Source: Actinomycetes bacterium (GTDB lineage Bacteria > Actinomycetota > Acidimicrobiia > Acidimicrobiales > Bog-793). From it: DNA of 41,463 bases. The translations under genes were made by a program, and so were the position numbers. The stretch is from positions 1 through 41,463 of the forward strand of contig JAKATT010000183.1 in NCBI GenBank assembly GCA_021818615.1, given 5' to 3'. The notes below the pieces were generated by a model, which did not search any database, had not been told where the DNA came from, and saw only the letters and a list, made by a program, of their open reading frames with translations. Positions 20,618 to 34,212 of this stretch are shown here, in pieces (positions within the stretch are counted from its first letter, which is position 1; each line of letters begins with the position of its first letter).

Positions 20618-21279
20618 GCGACGCGTCGTTCCACCCCGAGCCCTCGACGGCAGGAGGCGAAGGGCAGGACACTGCCGGCCCTGCCGCTCGGCCAGCCGAG
20701 GCAGGCAACGCCGAGCACACCGACAACGAGCTCAGCGACGAGCTCGGCGAACTGCGCGGCCTCGACGAACTGCGCGGCCTCGACGAGCTCCTCGGCGAAC
20801 AGGCGCGCAAGGTGGCGGCGGAGCGGGACGAGTACCTCGACTCGCTGCGCCGGCTCCAGGCCGACTTCGACAACTTCCGCAAGCGGGCGCTCCGCCAGCA
20901 GACAGAGTTGCTGGAGCGGGCGAGCGAGGCCCTGGTGCGCCAGCTCCTGCCGGTGCTCGACGCCCTCGACCTGGCAATCGACCATGCGAGCTCGCGAGCC
21001 GACGACGACACTGGCGACAACAAGGCCGATGCCGAGGCGCTCGTCCAGATCGGGGCGCTCCTGCGGGACACGATCGCCCGTGAAGGCGTCGAGCGGATCG
21101 ACGCTCTCGAAGTGCCCTTCGACCCGACGGTGCACGACGCCGTCGCGCACGAGCCGCCCTCCGAGGACGACCCGCAGGCGGCCGAGGCACGCACGCCAGT
21201 CGTGACGGAGGTGCTCCGTGCGGGTTACTGCCTGAAGGGGAGGGTCATCCGACCCGCCATGGTGAAGGTCAGAGGTTGA
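20614..21279 (+). CDS. grpE: Nucleotide exchange factor GrpE
   Basis: [13 protein letters not shown] motif and C-terminal [24 protein letters not shown] overlap with the dnaK stop. Confidence 0.9.
   Translation: MSDASFHPEPSTAGGEGQDTAGPAARPAEAGNAEHTDNELSDELGELRGLDELRGLDELLGEQARKVAAERDEYLDSLRRLQADFDNFRKRALRQQTELLERASEALVRQLLPVLDALDLAIDHASSRADDDTGDNKADAEALVQIGALLRDTIAREGVERIDALEVPFDPTVHDAVAHEPPSEDDPQAAEARTPVVTEVLRAGYCLKGRVIRPAMVKVRG
20749..20784 (+). repeat. 2 x 18-bp perfect tandem duplication (GAACTGCGCGGCCTCGAC) in grpE
   Basis: 20749-20766 equals 20767-20784. It encodes [12 protein letters not shown]. Confidence 0.95.
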
Positions 21280-22427
21280 AAGGCGAGGGCAGCTCCGTGG
21301 CCCCCCAGCGCGAATGGTTCCAGACCGACTACTACAAGGTGCTCGGCGTCTCGCCCGAGGCGACCGAGAAGGAGATCACACGCGCCTACCGCAAGCTGGC
21401 GAAGCAGTTCCACCCCGACGCCAACCCCGGAGCCGAGGACAAGTTCAAGGAGCTCTCCGCCGCCTACGACGTGCTCGGGGACGCCGACAAGCGCAAGGAG
21501 TACGACGAGGTCCGCCGTCTCGGGCCGCTGTCGGGCAGCTTCCCGGGGGGCTTCGGCGGAGCGGGCAGCCCCGGCAACGGTGGCTTCAGCTTCCGGGTCG
21601 ACAACCTGGGCGACCTCTTCGGCGGCATCTTCAACAGGGGAGGGCGCAGCCAGCAGACCTCGACATGGCCGGGAGGAGGACCCCGGCGGGGCCGGGACGT
21701 GGAGGCGGAGCTGCACCTCTCCTTCGAGGAGGCGGTCGAGGGGGTCGTCACCTCGGTCAACGTCGTCACCGCGGCGTTGTGCCATGTCTGCGCCGGCACC
21801 GGCTCGAAGCCGGGCAGCATGCCCATCACCTGCCCGCGCTGCGGCGGCACCGGTAGCCTCAACGACAACCAGGGCCTCTTCTCGCTCGCCTCACCTTGCC
21901 CCGAATGCCGCGGGCGCGGCCTCAAGATCGTCGATCCCTGCCCCAACTGCGGCGGGTCCGGCACCGAGCCGCGCCAGCGCAAGGTGAAGGTGCGCATCCC
22001 TGCCGGCGTCGAAGGCGGCCAGCGAATCCGCGTGAAGGGTCGCGGCGAGCCGGGCGAGAACGGCGGGCCGGCGGGCGACCTGTTCGTCGTCGTGCACGTC
22101 GCCCACCACCCCCTCTTCGGACGCAAGGGCCGCAACCTCACGCTCAAGGCCCCGGTCACCTTCTCAGAGGCGACTCTCGGCGCCGACATCACCGTTCCGT
22201 CGCTCGACGGTCCGGTGACGCTGCGCATCCCGCCCGGCACACCGGGCGGCAAGACCTTCCGGGTGAAGGGTCGGGGCGTGCACACGGGCACGAGCGCAGG
22301 AGACCTCCTCGTCACGGTCGAGGTGACGGTCCCCGACCGCCTGAGCGACGAGCAGCGCAAGGCGGTCGAGGCGCTCGCCCGTGCGACGAGCGAGTCGCCC
22401 CGCCAGCATCTCGGAGTCCGGCAATGA
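21276..22427 (+). CDS. dnaJ: Co-chaperone DnaJ
   Basis: J-domain DYYKVLGVSPEATEKEITRAYRKLAKQFHPD, a G/F region, and four CxxCxGxG zinc motifs. The TTG at 21276 overlaps the grpE stop. The GTG at 21297 is an alternative start. Confidence 0.92.
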   Translation: MKGEGSSVAPQREWFQTDYYKVLGVSPEATEKEITRAYRKLAKQFHPDANPGAEDKFKELSAAYDVLGDADKRKEYDEVRRLGPLSGSFPGGFGGAGSPGNGGFSFRVDNLGDLFGGIFNRGGRSQQTSTWPGGGPRRGRDVEAELHLSFEEAVEGVVTSVNVVTAALCHVCAGTGSKPGSMPITCPRCGGTGSLNDNQGLFSLASPCPECRGRGLKIVDPCPNCGGSGTEPRQRKVKVRIPAGVEGGQRIRVKGRGEPGENGGPAGDLFVVVHVAHHPLFGRKGRNLTLKAPVTFSEATLGADITVPSLDGPVTLRIPPGTPGGKTFRVKGRGVHTGTSAGDLLVTVEVTVPDRLSDEQRKAVEALARATSESPRQHLGVRQ

Positions 22428-22882
22428 GGAGCCGAACGGCCGAGGCCGCCCCGAGACGCCATGTCGCCCCCGCCGGCGCTCGCCGGGAGCCCGGCGCTCG
22501 CCGGGAGCCCGGCGAGCGCTCGCAGCGAGCCGTCTACGTCATCTCCGTGGCGGCCGAGCTCGCAGGGGTGCACCCACAGACGCTGCGCATCTACGAGCGG
22601 CGAGGGCTGCTCGACCCTGCGAGGACCGGAGGCGGGAGCCGCCGCTACTCGGAGGCCGACATCGCCCACCTGCGCCGCATCCAGCAGCTGACGGCAGAAG
22701 GCGTGAACCTCGAAGGGGTGCGGCGCATCCTCGAGCTCGAGGGGCGCATCGAGCTGCTGAGAGCCGAGGTCGACCGGGTACGCGCCGAGGCCGCCGAGAC
22801 CATCGCCCGTACCCACCGCCAGTACCGCCGGGATCTCGTTCCGGTGTCGAAGACCCGGCTGCCGGCAAGGTGGAGGTCCTGA
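22424..22882 (+). CDS. hspR: Heat-shock repressor HspR (MerR family)
   Basis: [53 protein letters not shown]. The ATG at 22424 overlaps the dnaJ TGA (ATGA). Its position after dnaJ is canonical. Confidence 0.85.
   Translation: MRSRTAEAAPRRHVAPAGARREPGARREPGERSQRAVYVISVAAELAGVHPQTLRIYERRGLLDPARTGGGSRRYSEADIAHLRRIQQLTAEGVNLEGVRRILELEGRIELLRAEVDRVRAEAAETIARTHRQYRRDLVPVSKTRLPARWRS
22473..22508 (+). repeat. 2 x 18-bp perfect tandem duplication (CCGGCGCTCGCCGGGAGC) in the hspR 5' region
   Basis: 22473-22490 equals 22491-22508. A partial third copy follows. Confidence 0.9.
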
Positions 22883-22886
22883 CGCC

Positions 22887-25376
22887 GTGCCGCTTGACCC
22901 CAACCGCTGGACCCAGAAGACACAGGACGCCGCCCGGGAGGCCATCGCGGCCGCTCGCTCGCTCCACCACGCCGAGGTCGCCCCCGAGCACTTCCTCCTC
23001 GCAGCCATCGGCCAGGAGGGCGGCGTCGCCATTCCTTTGCTCGATCGGATGGGGGTGTCGCCGCTGAGTGCGCGGAACCGGCTCGACGAGTCGCTCCGGC
23101 GGATCCCGAAGGCATACGGGGGCGCCGAGCCGTCCTTTTCCCGTGAGCTGACCCACGCCTTCGAGGAGGCCGACGGCCTTCGCACCGAGATGGGCGACGA
23201 GTACCTCTCGGTCGAGCACATGCTGCTGGCGCTCGCCGACCGACTCGGGCTGAAGCGGGACGAGCTGCTCGCCGCCCTGCGCGAGGTTCGCGGGTCCCAC
23301 CGGGTGGCTTCGCAGAACCCCGAGGAGCAGTACCAGGCGCTCGAACGCTACGGCAGGGACCTCACCGACCTCGCCCGCAGCCGGAAGCTCGACCCCGTCA
23401 TCGGGCGCGACGAGGAGATCCGCCGCGTGATCCAGGTGCTCTCCCGGCGCACCAAGAACAATCCGGTTCTCATCGGCGAGCCGGGCGTAGGAAAGACCGC
23501 CATCGTCGAGGGCCTCGCCAACCGGATCGTCGAGGGCGACGTGCCCGAGGGCCTCAAGAACAAGCGGGTCGTCGCGCTCGACCTCGGCTCCATGGTCGCC
23601 GGCGCGAAGTACCGGGGCGAGTTCGAGGAGCGGCTGAAGGCAGTCCTGAAGGAGATCACCGACGCCGAGGGCGAGATCGTCACCTTCATCGACGAGCTCC
23701 ACACAATCGTCGGGGCAGGTGCAGCCGAGGGTGCGATGGACGCCGGCAACATGATCAAGCCGATGCTCGCCCGGGGCGAGCTGCGCATGATCGGCGCCAC
23801 GACGCTCGACGAGTACCGCAAGCACATCGAGAAGGACGCCGCGCTCGAGCGCCGCTTCCAGCCGGTGATGGTGAACCCTCCCTCGGTAGAGGACACGGTC
23901 GCCATCCTGCGCGGCCTGAAGGAGCGCTACGAGGTCCACCATGGCGTGCGTATCCAGGACGCCGCCCTCGTGGCAGCGGCGGTCCTGTCGGACCGCTACG
24001 TCGCCGGGCGGTTCCTGCCCGACAAGGCGATCGACCTCATCGACGAGGCCGCCAGCAAGCTGCGGATCGAGATCGACTCGATGCCGACGGAGCTCGACGT
24101 CGTGAACCGTCGCCTCCGCCAGCTCGAGATCGAGCAGCTCGCCCTGTCGAAGGAGGAGGACACCGCCTCGAAGGAGCGGCTGCGCCGCCTCGACGAGGAG
24201 ATCGCCAACCTGCGCGAGCAGCTGACCGCGATGACCGCGCACTGGCAGTCCGAGAAGGACGCCATCGCGGCGATCCGCAGCCTGAAGAGCGAGGCGGAGA
24301 CGGCCCGTGGCGAGATGGAGCGCTTCGAGCGCGAGGGCGACCTGCAGCGCTCGGCCGAGATCCGCTACGGCAGGCTGCCGGACCTCGAGCACCGCATCGA
24401 GGAGGCCACGGCCAAGCTCGCCGGGCTGCAGGCCGAACAGAAGATGCTGAAGGAGGAGGTCGACGCCGAGGACGTGGCCGAGGTCGTCTCCCGCTGGACA
24501 GGCGTGCCGGTCTCACGCCTCGTCGAGGGCGAGGTCGCGAAGCTCGTGCACCTCGAGGAGCTGCTGCACGCGAGGGTCGTCGGCCAGGACGAGGCGGTCG
24601 GCGCCGTCGCCAACGCCATCCGCCGCAGCCGAGCCGGCCTGGCGGATCCCCACCGGCCGATCGGGAGCTTCCTGTTCCTCGGCCCGACCGGCGTCGGCAA
24701 GACCGAGCTCGCCCGCAGCCTCGCCGAGGTCCTCTTCGACGACGAGCGGGCGATGATCCGCATCGACATGGGGGAGTACCAGGAACGCCACAACGTCTCC
24801 CGCCTCGTCGGCGCCCCCCCCGGGTATGTCGGCTACGAGGAGGGCGGGCAGCTGACCGAGGCCGTGCGCCGTCGCCCGTACGCCGTCGTGCTGCTCGACG
24901 AGATAGAGAAGGCCCACGCCGACGTCTTCAACGTCCTGCTGCAGGTGCTCGACGATGGGCGCCTCACCGACGGTCATGGCCGGACGGTCGACTTCACGAA
25001 CGTCGTGCTGATCATGACCTCCAATCTGCAGGGCGACCCGATCGACTTCTTCAAGCCGGAGTTCGTCAACCGCATCGACGAGATCGTGCGGTTCCGGGCG
25101 CTCACGCGTGACGACCTCTCCCGCATCGTGGACATCCAGCTTCGCCACCTCGAGACCCGTCTTGCCGGTCGCCGCCTCACCCTCGTGCTCACCGACGAGG
25201 CCCGCACCTGGCTCGGCGACCACGGCTACGACCCAACTTTCGGGGCCAGGCCCCTCCGCCGGGTGATCCAGCGCGAGCTGGGCGACCGCTTGGCGGTCGC
25301 GCTGCTCGAAGGGAGCTACTCGGAGGGCGACACCATCGAGGTGGGCGTGAAGGCCGGCGGGCTCGCCGTCACCTGA
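22887..25376 (+). CDS. clpB: ATP-dependent chaperone ClpB
   Basis: Two AAA+ modules ([13 protein letters not shown]; [11 protein letters not shown]) with a coiled-coil middle domain. The GTG at 22887 is 4 nt after the hspR stop, with GGTGGAGG upstream. Confidence 0.95.
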   Translation: MPLDPNRWTQKTQDAAREAIAAARSLHHAEVAPEHFLLAAIGQEGGVAIPLLDRMGVSPLSARNRLDESLRRIPKAYGGAEPSFSRELTHAFEEADGLRTEMGDEYLSVEHMLLALADRLGLKRDELLAALREVRGSHRVASQNPEEQYQALERYGRDLTDLARSRKLDPVIGRDEEIRRVIQVLSRRTKNNPVLIGEPGVGKTAIVEGLANRIVEGDVPEGLKNKRVVALDLGSMVAGAKYRGEFEERLKAVLKEITDAEGEIVTFIDELHTIVGAGAAEGAMDAGNMIKPMLARGELRMIGATTLDEYRKHIEKDAALERRFQPVMVNPPSVEDTVAILRGLKERYEVHHGVRIQDAALVAAAVLSDRYVAGRFLPDKAIDLIDEAASKLRIEIDSMPTELDVVNRRLRQLEIEQLALSKEEDTASKERLRRLDEEIANLREQLTAMTAHWQSEKDAIAAIRSLKSEAETARGEMERFEREGDLQRSAEIRYGRLPDLEHRIEEATAKLAGLQAEQKMLKEEVDAEDVAEVVSRWTGVPVSRLVEGEVAKLVHLEELLHARVVGQDEAVGAVANAIRRSRAGLADPHRPIGSFLFLGPTGVGKTELARSLAEVLFDDERAMIRIDMGEYQERHNVSRLVGAPPGYVGYEEGGQLTEAVRRRPYAVVLLDEIEKAHADVFNVLLQVLDDGRLTDGHGRTVDFTNVVLIMTSNLQGDPIDFFKPEFVNRIDEIVRFRALTRDDLSRIVDIQLRHLETRLAGRRLTLVLTDEARTWLGDHGYDPTFGARPLRRVIQRELGDRLAVALLEGSYSEGDTIEVGVKAGGLAVT

Positions 25377-25485
25377 GCTGAGCTGAACCTCTTGGCCGGC
25401 TGAGGGCGCCCGCGCAGGGCTCGGAGCCCGCGACGGCGCACGCCGCCCTGCGGGAGGTCTTCGAGCTCGCCGGGCGGTCGCCTAA

Positions 25486-28099
<2,614 letters not shown>

Positions 28100-28103
<4 letters not shown>

Positions 28104-29425
28104 TCCCCCGTTACTCGCTGCCGGAGATGGCGTCGCTCTTCTCCGACGAGGCGCGCCTCGGCCTCTGGCTCGAGGTCGAGCTGCTCGCCCTCGAGGCATT
28201 GGCCGAGCTCGGCGAGGTGCCGGCCGCGTACCCGGCAGCCTGCCGGGCCCGCGCGCCGGTCGTCGACGCCGGCTTCGTCGCCCGTGTGAGCCGGCGCGAG
28301 CAGGTGACCGATCACGACGTGGCGGCGTTCGTCGACGTCGTCCAGGCGACGATCGGCCCGCCGGAAGGCTCGTTCGTCCATCACGGCCTCACCTCCTCCG
28401 ACGTGGTCGACACTGCCCTCTCGACCACCCTCACCCGGGCCGCCGACCTCCTCCTCGAGGCGTCGGTGGACTTCGTCGAAGTGCTGCGGAGGCGGGCGGT
28501 CGAGCAGGCCGGGACGGCGATGCTCGGGCGGACCCATGGCATGCACGCCGAGCCAACCACCTTCGGCGTGAAGCTGGCGCTGTTCTGCCTTCAGGCGGAC
28601 CGCGACCGGGAGCGGCTGCGACGGGCGCGAGACGCAGTCGCCGTCGGAAAGCTCTCGGGCGCGGTCGGCACCTACTCGAACGTCGATCCCTTCGTCGAGC
28701 GGCACGTCTGCCATTCGCTCGGGCTGCGGCCGGTGCCGGCGACCCAGGTGATAGCGCGGGACCGCCATGCCGAGTACCTCTACGCGCTGGCAGCCGTCGG
28801 CTCGACCGTCGAGGCGCTCGCGACCGAGATCCGCCACCTTCAGCGCTCAGAGGTGGCCGAGGTCGAAGAGGCCTTCGGCGCCGGCCAGAAGGGCTCCTCG
28901 GCCATGCCGCACAAGCGCAACCCGATCACCGCCGAGCGGCTCGTCGGGCTTGCGAGAGTCCTGCGCGGCTACCTCGTCGCCGGCCTCGAGGATGTCGCTT
29001 TGTGGCACGAGCGTGACATCTCACACAGCTCGGTCGAGCGGATCGTCCTCCCCGACGCCAGCCTGCTCGCCTACTACTCGCTGCGGCGGGCGGCGCGCCT
29101 CGTCGAAGGGCTCGTCGTGAAGGCGGAGCGCATGCTCGAGAACCTCCTGGAGGGCTCGTACGGGCTCGTGTTCTCCCAACCGGTCCTTCTCGCCCTCGTG
29201 CGGGCGGGCCTCGACCGTGACGACGCCTACAGGATCGTGCAGCGCGACGCCCTCAGCGCCCAGAGCGAGCGCGTGCCGCTCCGCTCGGTGCTCGAGAAGG
29301 ACGCCGACGTGGTGGCGGCGCTCGGCGCGGATGCGGTCGCCGCCGTGCTCGACGACGCCTTCGACCTCGAGCGGGCGCTCGCCCATGCCACGCATACCAT
29401 CGACGCCCTGAAGGAGCTCCCGTGA
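28100..29425 (+). CDS. purB: Adenylosuccinate lyase
   Basis: MIPRYSLPEMASLFSDEARL...GSSAMPHKRNP signature. ATGA overlap with purD. Confidence 0.93.
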
Positions 29426-30303
29426 CGCTCAGGCGCCTCTACTCGGGCAAGGTGCGCGACGTCTACGACGCTGGCGGCGGCCTCCTGCTCATCGTGGCCA
29501 CTGACCGGATATCTGCCTTCGACCGGGTCTTTGCGGAGCCTGTGCCGGACAAGGGCCGGGTGCTCACGGCGATGACGGCGTTCTGGTCCGAGCAGCTCGG
29601 CGACATCGCGCCGACTCACCTGGTCACGACCGACCCGTCCCGATTCCCCGCCGGAGCCGCCGGGCTCAGGGACCTGGAGGGGCGGGCGATGCTCGTCCGG
29701 CGGGCGGAGATGCTGCCGCTCGAGTGCATCGTGCGGGGCTACCTCTCCGGCTCCGCCTGGAAAGAGTACAAGGCCACCCGGACCATGCACGGATCTCCGC
29801 TCCCCGCAGGCATGCGGGAGTCCGACCCGCTGCACTCGCCTGTCTTCACGCCTTCGACGAAAGCAGCAGCGGGCCACGACGAGAACATCTCCTTCGAGGA
29901 GGCCGCGAGGATCGTCGGGCCCGAGCAGGCCGAGCGCGCGAGGGAGATCTCGCTCGCCGCCTACGCGCGAGGCGCCGCGAGGGCGTCCGAGCACGGGATC
30001 GTGGTCGCCGACACGAAGTTCGAGCTCGGTCTCGTCGGCGGCGAGCTCGTGATCTGTGACGAGATCCTCACACCGGACTCGAGCCGGCTCTGGGCGGCCG
30101 AAGAGTGGCGCCCGGGGCGGACGCCGCCGTCGTTCGACAAGCAGCCGGTGCGGGACTGGGCCGAGACCACTGGCTGGGACAAGGACTCCGACCCTCCAGA
30201 GCTTCCGCCCGAGGTGGTGGCCGCCACGCGGGAGCGCTATGTGGCCGCCTACGAGCGCATCACCGGAAGGTCCTTTGCCGACTGGTGGGGTGTGGCCAGG
30301 TGA
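29422..30303 (+). CDS. purC: SAICAR synthetase
   Basis: LYSGKVRDVYD...IVATDRISAFD...ADTKFELG. GTGA overlap with purB. Confidence 0.93.
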   Translation: MTLRRLYSGKVRDVYDAGGGLLLIVATDRISAFDRVFAEPVPDKGRVLTAMTAFWSEQLGDIAPTHLVTTDPSRFPAGAAGLRDLEGRAMLVRRAEMLPLECIVRGYLSGSAWKEYKATRTMHGSPLPAGMRESDPLHSPVFTPSTKAAAGHDENISFEEAARIVGPEQAERAREISLAAYARGAARASEHGIVVADTKFELGLVGGELVICDEILTPDSSRLWAAEEWRPGRTPPSFDKQPVRDWAETTGWDKDSDPPELPPEVVAATRERYVAAYERITGRSFADWWGVAR

Positions 30304-30560
30304 GGTTCCTCGTCACCGTCGAGGTGACCGCCCTGGACTCCATCGCCGACCCGGAGGGCCAGACGATCGAACGGGCCCTCCCGCTGCTCGGCTTCAGCGG
30401 CATCGGGCGTGTGCGGGTCGGCAAGCTCTTCCGCCTGGAGATCGAGGCGGACGACGCCGCAGATGCCGAGCGACGTTCCCTCGAGCTGTGCGACCACCTG
30501 CTCGCCAATCCGGTGATCGAGCAGGCAGAGGTGCATGTGACGGAGCAGACCACGCAGTGA
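30300..30560 (+). CDS. purS: FGAM synthase subunit PurS
   Basis: 86 aa, VRFLVTVEVTALDSIADPEGQTIERALPLLGF...ANPVIEQAEV. GTGA overlap with purC. Confidence 0.85.
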   Translation: MRFLVTVEVTALDSIADPEGQTIERALPLLGFSGIGRVRVGKLFRLEIEADDAADAERRSLELCDHLLANPVIEQAEVHVTEQTTQ

Positions 30561-31300
30561 GCCCGGGAGACGACGCTTCCAGGCCGGGCGGCCGCCCCAG
30601 GATCGCCGTGGTGGTCTTCCCCGGCACGAACTGCGAGCACGACACCGCGGCAGCCCTCCGCCGAGCCGGGGCCGAAGCGTCGCTCGTCTGGCACACCGAG
30701 GAGCGCCTCGAAGGTTTCGACGGAGTCGTCGTGCCGGGAGGCTTCGCCCACGGCGACTATCTCCGGCCGGGAGCGATCGCCCGCTTCTCGCCCGTCATGG
30801 AAGCAGTCGGCAGGCTGGCGGCGCTCGGCGCGCCGGTCCTCGGGATCTGCAACGGGTTCCAGGTGCTGACCGAGGCGCGCCTTTTGCCCGGGGCGCTCCG
30901 GCGCAATTCGGGGCTGCGGTTCCTCTGCGAGACGGTCGCCTGCAAGGTGACCTCAGGCCGCTCGGCCGTCACCCGAGGGGTGGCACCCGGCACTGTGCTG
31001 CAGCTGCCCATCAATCACTATGAGGGCAACTACACCTGTGACGAAGCCACCCTGAGCGCCCTGCGCAGCTCGGGCAGCATCGTGCTGACATACGAGGACA
31101 CACCGAATGGCTCGGTCGGCGGCATCGCAGGAGTCTGCAACGAAGAGGGCAATGTGGTCGGTCTCATGCCGCATCCCGAGCGCGCGAGCGACGCGCTCCT
31201 CGGCAGCACCGGCGGCCTCGTCCTCCTCAGGCCATTCGTCGAGAGCTCTTCCCGCTACGGTGCGAGGACGCTGCCGCCGGCAGCCATACCGGCGGACTAA
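30557..31300 (+). CDS. purQ: FGAM synthase glutamine amidotransferase subunit PurQ
   Basis: IAVVVFPGTNCEHD...GICNGFQVL...MPHPER. GTGA overlap with purS. Confidence 0.9.
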   Translation: MSPGDDASRPGGRPRIAVVVFPGTNCEHDTAAALRRAGAEASLVWHTEERLEGFDGVVVPGGFAHGDYLRPGAIARFSPVMEAVGRLAALGAPVLGICNGFQVLTEARLLPGALRRNSGLRFLCETVACKVTSGRSAVTRGVAPGTVLQLPINHYEGNYTCDEATLSALRSSGSIVLTYEDTPNGSVGGIAGVCNEEGNVVGLMPHPERASDALLGSTGGLVLLRPFVESSSRYGARTLPPAAIPAD

Positions 31301-31725
31301 CGGCGACTCCAATGGATACCTGCGCGCTGGAGGACGTCGGACGGCACTCCGGCCTCGCGCCAGGTGCTGTAGTCGATCCCCTTTCGCTCGCCGTACTCGG
31401 CCGCCACTTCGACGAAGGCGTCTTCGAGAGCGGGAAGGTCGTCCTCGGACTGCTCGCTGGCAGCGCTCAGCCGCTGCTCGAGATCACGACGCTGCTGGAT
31501 GAGATGGACGCGCTGCAACGGCTCCGCCGACGCTATCTTCGCCTCCACTTCCTCGAGGCGCTTCTCGAGCGTCTCAGTGCTCACTTGGCGCCCCCGCCGC
31601 GGGCGATGCGTCTCGAGCGCGACGAGGTAGCGGCGAACTGCATTTCCCTGCCGCCGCCCGGCCGCGAGCGCATCTTTGTGCTCCGAGGTGAGGCTGGTCT
31701 TGGCTTGTCTCTTACGAGGTGGCAT
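31297..31725 (-). CDS. Hypothetical basic/coiled-coil protein (142 aa)
   Basis: MPPRKRQAKTSLTSEHKDALAAGRR...YLVALETHRPRRGRQ...coiled middle...YGERKGIDYSTWREAGVPSDVLQRAGI. The pattern looks like conserved actinobacterial hypotheticals I recall, but this is unverified. Its stop overlaps the purQ stop (CTAA). Confidence 0.6.
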   Translation of the reverse strand: MPPRKRQAKTSLTSEHKDALAAGRRQGNAVRRYLVALETHRPRRGRQVSTETLEKRLEEVEAKIASAEPLQRVHLIQQRRDLEQRLSAASEQSEDDLPALEDAFVEVAAEYGERKGIDYSTWREAGVPSDVLQRAGIHWSRR

Positions 31726-31805
31726 GCCTCAAGTTTCCACCCATTTTCTCGAACATGCAAACAGGACAGCGGTGAAGTGTTCTGCCGGCACCACAGGAGC
31801 ATTGG

Positions 31806-34169
31806 ATGAGGGCATCGGGCAATACGGACATTCGGCTGTCCAGGGGAGCAGCGGTACCCCATCAACAGCTCGGTCTCACAGACGGCGAGTACGAGATGAT
31901 CCTCACAGTCCTCGGCCGCGAGCCTTCTCCAGTCGAGCTCGCTATGTACTCGGTGATGTGGAGCGAGCATTGTTCCTACAAGTCGTCACGCATTCATCTG
32001 AGACGTCTTCCCTCCGAGGGCCCACATGTCCTCGTCGGCCCAGGAGAGAACGCCGGCGTCGTCGACGTCGGCGACGGGATCGCGCTCGCGGTGCGAATCG
32101 AGAGCCACAACCACCCCTCCGCCGTCGAGCCCTACCAGGGCGCCGCGACGGGCGTAGGCGGCATCCTCCGAGATGTCTTCACGATGGGCGCCCGTCCGGT
32201 CGCGCTCATGGACCCGCTCTTCTTCGGCCCGCTCGAGGACGCGAGGTCGCGTTACGTCTTCGACGGCGTGGTGCGCGGGATCGCCGGCTACGGCAACTCG
32301 GTCGGAGTGCCGACGGTGGGCGGGCAGCTCACCTTCTCCTCCTGCTACAGGGGGAACCCGCTCGTCAACGTGTTCTGCCTCGGCGTGCTGCCGGTCGAGC
32401 GCCTGGTGCTCGGCCGGGCATCGGGCGTCGGCAACCTCGCCTTGCTGCTCGGTTCCCTCACGGGACGGGACGGGATCGGCGGCGTGAGCGTGCTGGCCTC
32501 GGCGGGTTTCGAGCCTGGGGGCGGGGCGGCCGGGGCGGCCGGGGCGGCCGGGGCGGCCGAAGGGTGGGCGACCAAGCGGCCGAGCGTTCAGATCGGCGAC
32601 CCGTACGAGGAGAAGCGGCTGATCGAAGCCTGCCTCGACCTCTTGGACCAGCACCTCGTTGTGGGCATCCAGGACCTCGGCGGCGCCGGGCTCACCTGCG
32701 CGGCCGCCGAGACGGCAGCGAGGGCCGGCCTCGGCATGCAGGTCGACGTCTCGGCAGTGCCCCTGCGGGAAGCTGGAATGACACCTGCAGAGATCATGAC
32801 CAGCGAGAGCCAGGAGCGCATGCTGGCGATCGTCGAGCCCTCGGCGCTCGAGGGCATCCTTCTCACCTGTGCGCGCCACGAGGTACGGGCAAGCGTGATC
32901 GGCAGGGTCGTCGGGTCCGGCGAGGGCGGCGGGAGCCTGGTCGTTCGCGACGGGCCGGACGGCCAAGTCGTAGCCTCAGTGCCGGCGCGCTCGCTTGCCG
33001 ACGGGGCACCGCTCTATGCGCGGCCGGCCGCGCCGCCGGAGGACCTCGCGGTGCTCCGCCAGCCCGGTGAGGACGCCCGTGCGGCGGCTGGGCCGGGCCC
33101 ATGGCCCTTCGACCCTGCATCGGACCTGCTCGCGCTCCTCTACGACCCGGCCTTCGTCGCACGCCAGTACGACCACCAGCTCTTCCTCAACACCGTTCGC
33201 GGGCCGGGCGAGGCCGACGCCACGGTTCTCAGGTTGGCCGCCCCCGGCGTTGCCTGGACAGGAAAGGGCCTGGCGCTCACATGCGACGCCAACCCGTCGT
33301 GGTGCGTGCTCGACCCACATGCCGGCGCAGCGCTCACCGTCGCAGAGGCCGCCCTCAACATCGCCTGCGCGGGCGGCGTGCCAATCGCAGTCGTCGACTG
33401 CATGAACTTCGGCAACCCGGAGCACCCCGCCGTGATGTGGCAGCTCTCCGAGGCGATCGACGGCATCGCCGAGGCCTGCCGGGTCTTCGGGATACCGGTC
33501 GTCGGCGGCAACGTGTCGCTCTACAACGAGAGCGGCGGCGAGGACATCGACCCGACGCCCGTGATCGCGATGGTCGGCCTCATCGAGTCCCTCACCCGGC
33601 GCCCACCTGGGATCTGGCTCGGCGAGGCCGACGCGGTCGTGCTCGTCGGCGGCAGCAGCACTCCACGGTCGTCGCGTGCGGGACCCGCGCCCGCGGGCGC
33701 GCCGTCCGGCGCGCCGGCGCTCGGCGGCTCCCGATGGGCGGTGCAGGTGAGGGGGGGGCGCGGCGGCGAGCTCCCGGCGCTCCACCCCGGGCTGCACACG
33801 GCCGTCTGCGAGCTCGTGCGCTCGCTCGTCGTTGCAGGAGCGGTCAGCGGTGTCCACGACGTGAGCGATGGCGGTCTCGCCATGTGCCTTGCGGAGCTGT
33901 GCTGTGCCTCCGGCCGCGGCATCTCAGTCGCCGGCATCGACACGCCTGCCTCCTTCTTCTCCGAGGCGCCGTCGAGGGTGATCGTCTCGGCACCCGATGC
34001 GGCCGCGATCCTCCGGGCCTGCTCGAACGCCGGGGTCGCAGCCTCGGTGCTCGGAACGGTCGTCGGCAGACGCCTCCTTGTCGAGGGTCTGGTAGATCTC
34101 GAGGTGGCCGAGCTGCAGCAGGTGCGCTCAGGTCGGCTACAAGAGGCAGCCGACCCGGCGCGGCGGTGA
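31806..34169 (+). CDS. purL: FGAM synthase II (large subunit)
   Basis: [60 protein letters not shown]. 787 aa, with two low-complexity insertions. Confidence 0.93.
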   Translation: MRASGNTDIRLSRGAAVPHQQLGLTDGEYEMILTVLGREPSPVELAMYSVMWSEHCSYKSSRIHLRRLPSEGPHVLVGPGENAGVVDVGDGIALAVRIESHNHPSAVEPYQGAATGVGGILRDVFTMGARPVALMDPLFFGPLEDARSRYVFDGVVRGIAGYGNSVGVPTVGGQLTFSSCYRGNPLVNVFCLGVLPVERLVLGRASGVGNLALLLGSLTGRDGIGGVSVLASAGFEPGGGAAGAAGAAGAAEGWATKRPSVQIGDPYEEKRLIEACLDLLDQHLVVGIQDLGGAGLTCAAAETAARAGLGMQVDVSAVPLREAGMTPAEIMTSESQERMLAIVEPSALEGILLTCARHEVRASVIGRVVGSGEGGGSLVVRDGPDGQVVASVPARSLADGAPLYARPAAPPEDLAVLRQPGEDARAAAGPGPWPFDPASDLLALLYDPAFVARQYDHQLFLNTVRGPGEADATVLRLAAPGVAWTGKGLALTCDANPSWCVLDPHAGAALTVAEAALNIACAGGVPIAVVDCMNFGNPEHPAVMWQLSEAIDGIAEACRVFGIPVVGGNVSLYNESGGEDIDPTPVIAMVGLIESLTRRPPGIWLGEADAVVLVGGSSTPRSSRAGPAPAGAPSGAPALGGSRWAVQVRGGRGGELPALHPGLHTAVCELVRSLVVAGAVSGVHDVSDGGLAMCLAELCCASGRGISVAGIDTPASFFSEAPSRVIVSAPDAAAILRACSNAGVAASVLGTVVGRRLLVEGLVDLEVAELQQVRSGRLQEAADPARR
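32523..32558 (+). repeat. 4 x 9-bp perfect tandem repeat (GGGGCGGCC) encoding (GAA)n inside purL
   Basis: Units start at 32523, 32532, 32541 and 32550, by direct count. Confidence 0.95.
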
Positions 34170-34212
34170 CCGCCTGAGGCTGTGCAGGCTCACTACCCGG
34201 CGAGCTGCAGGC

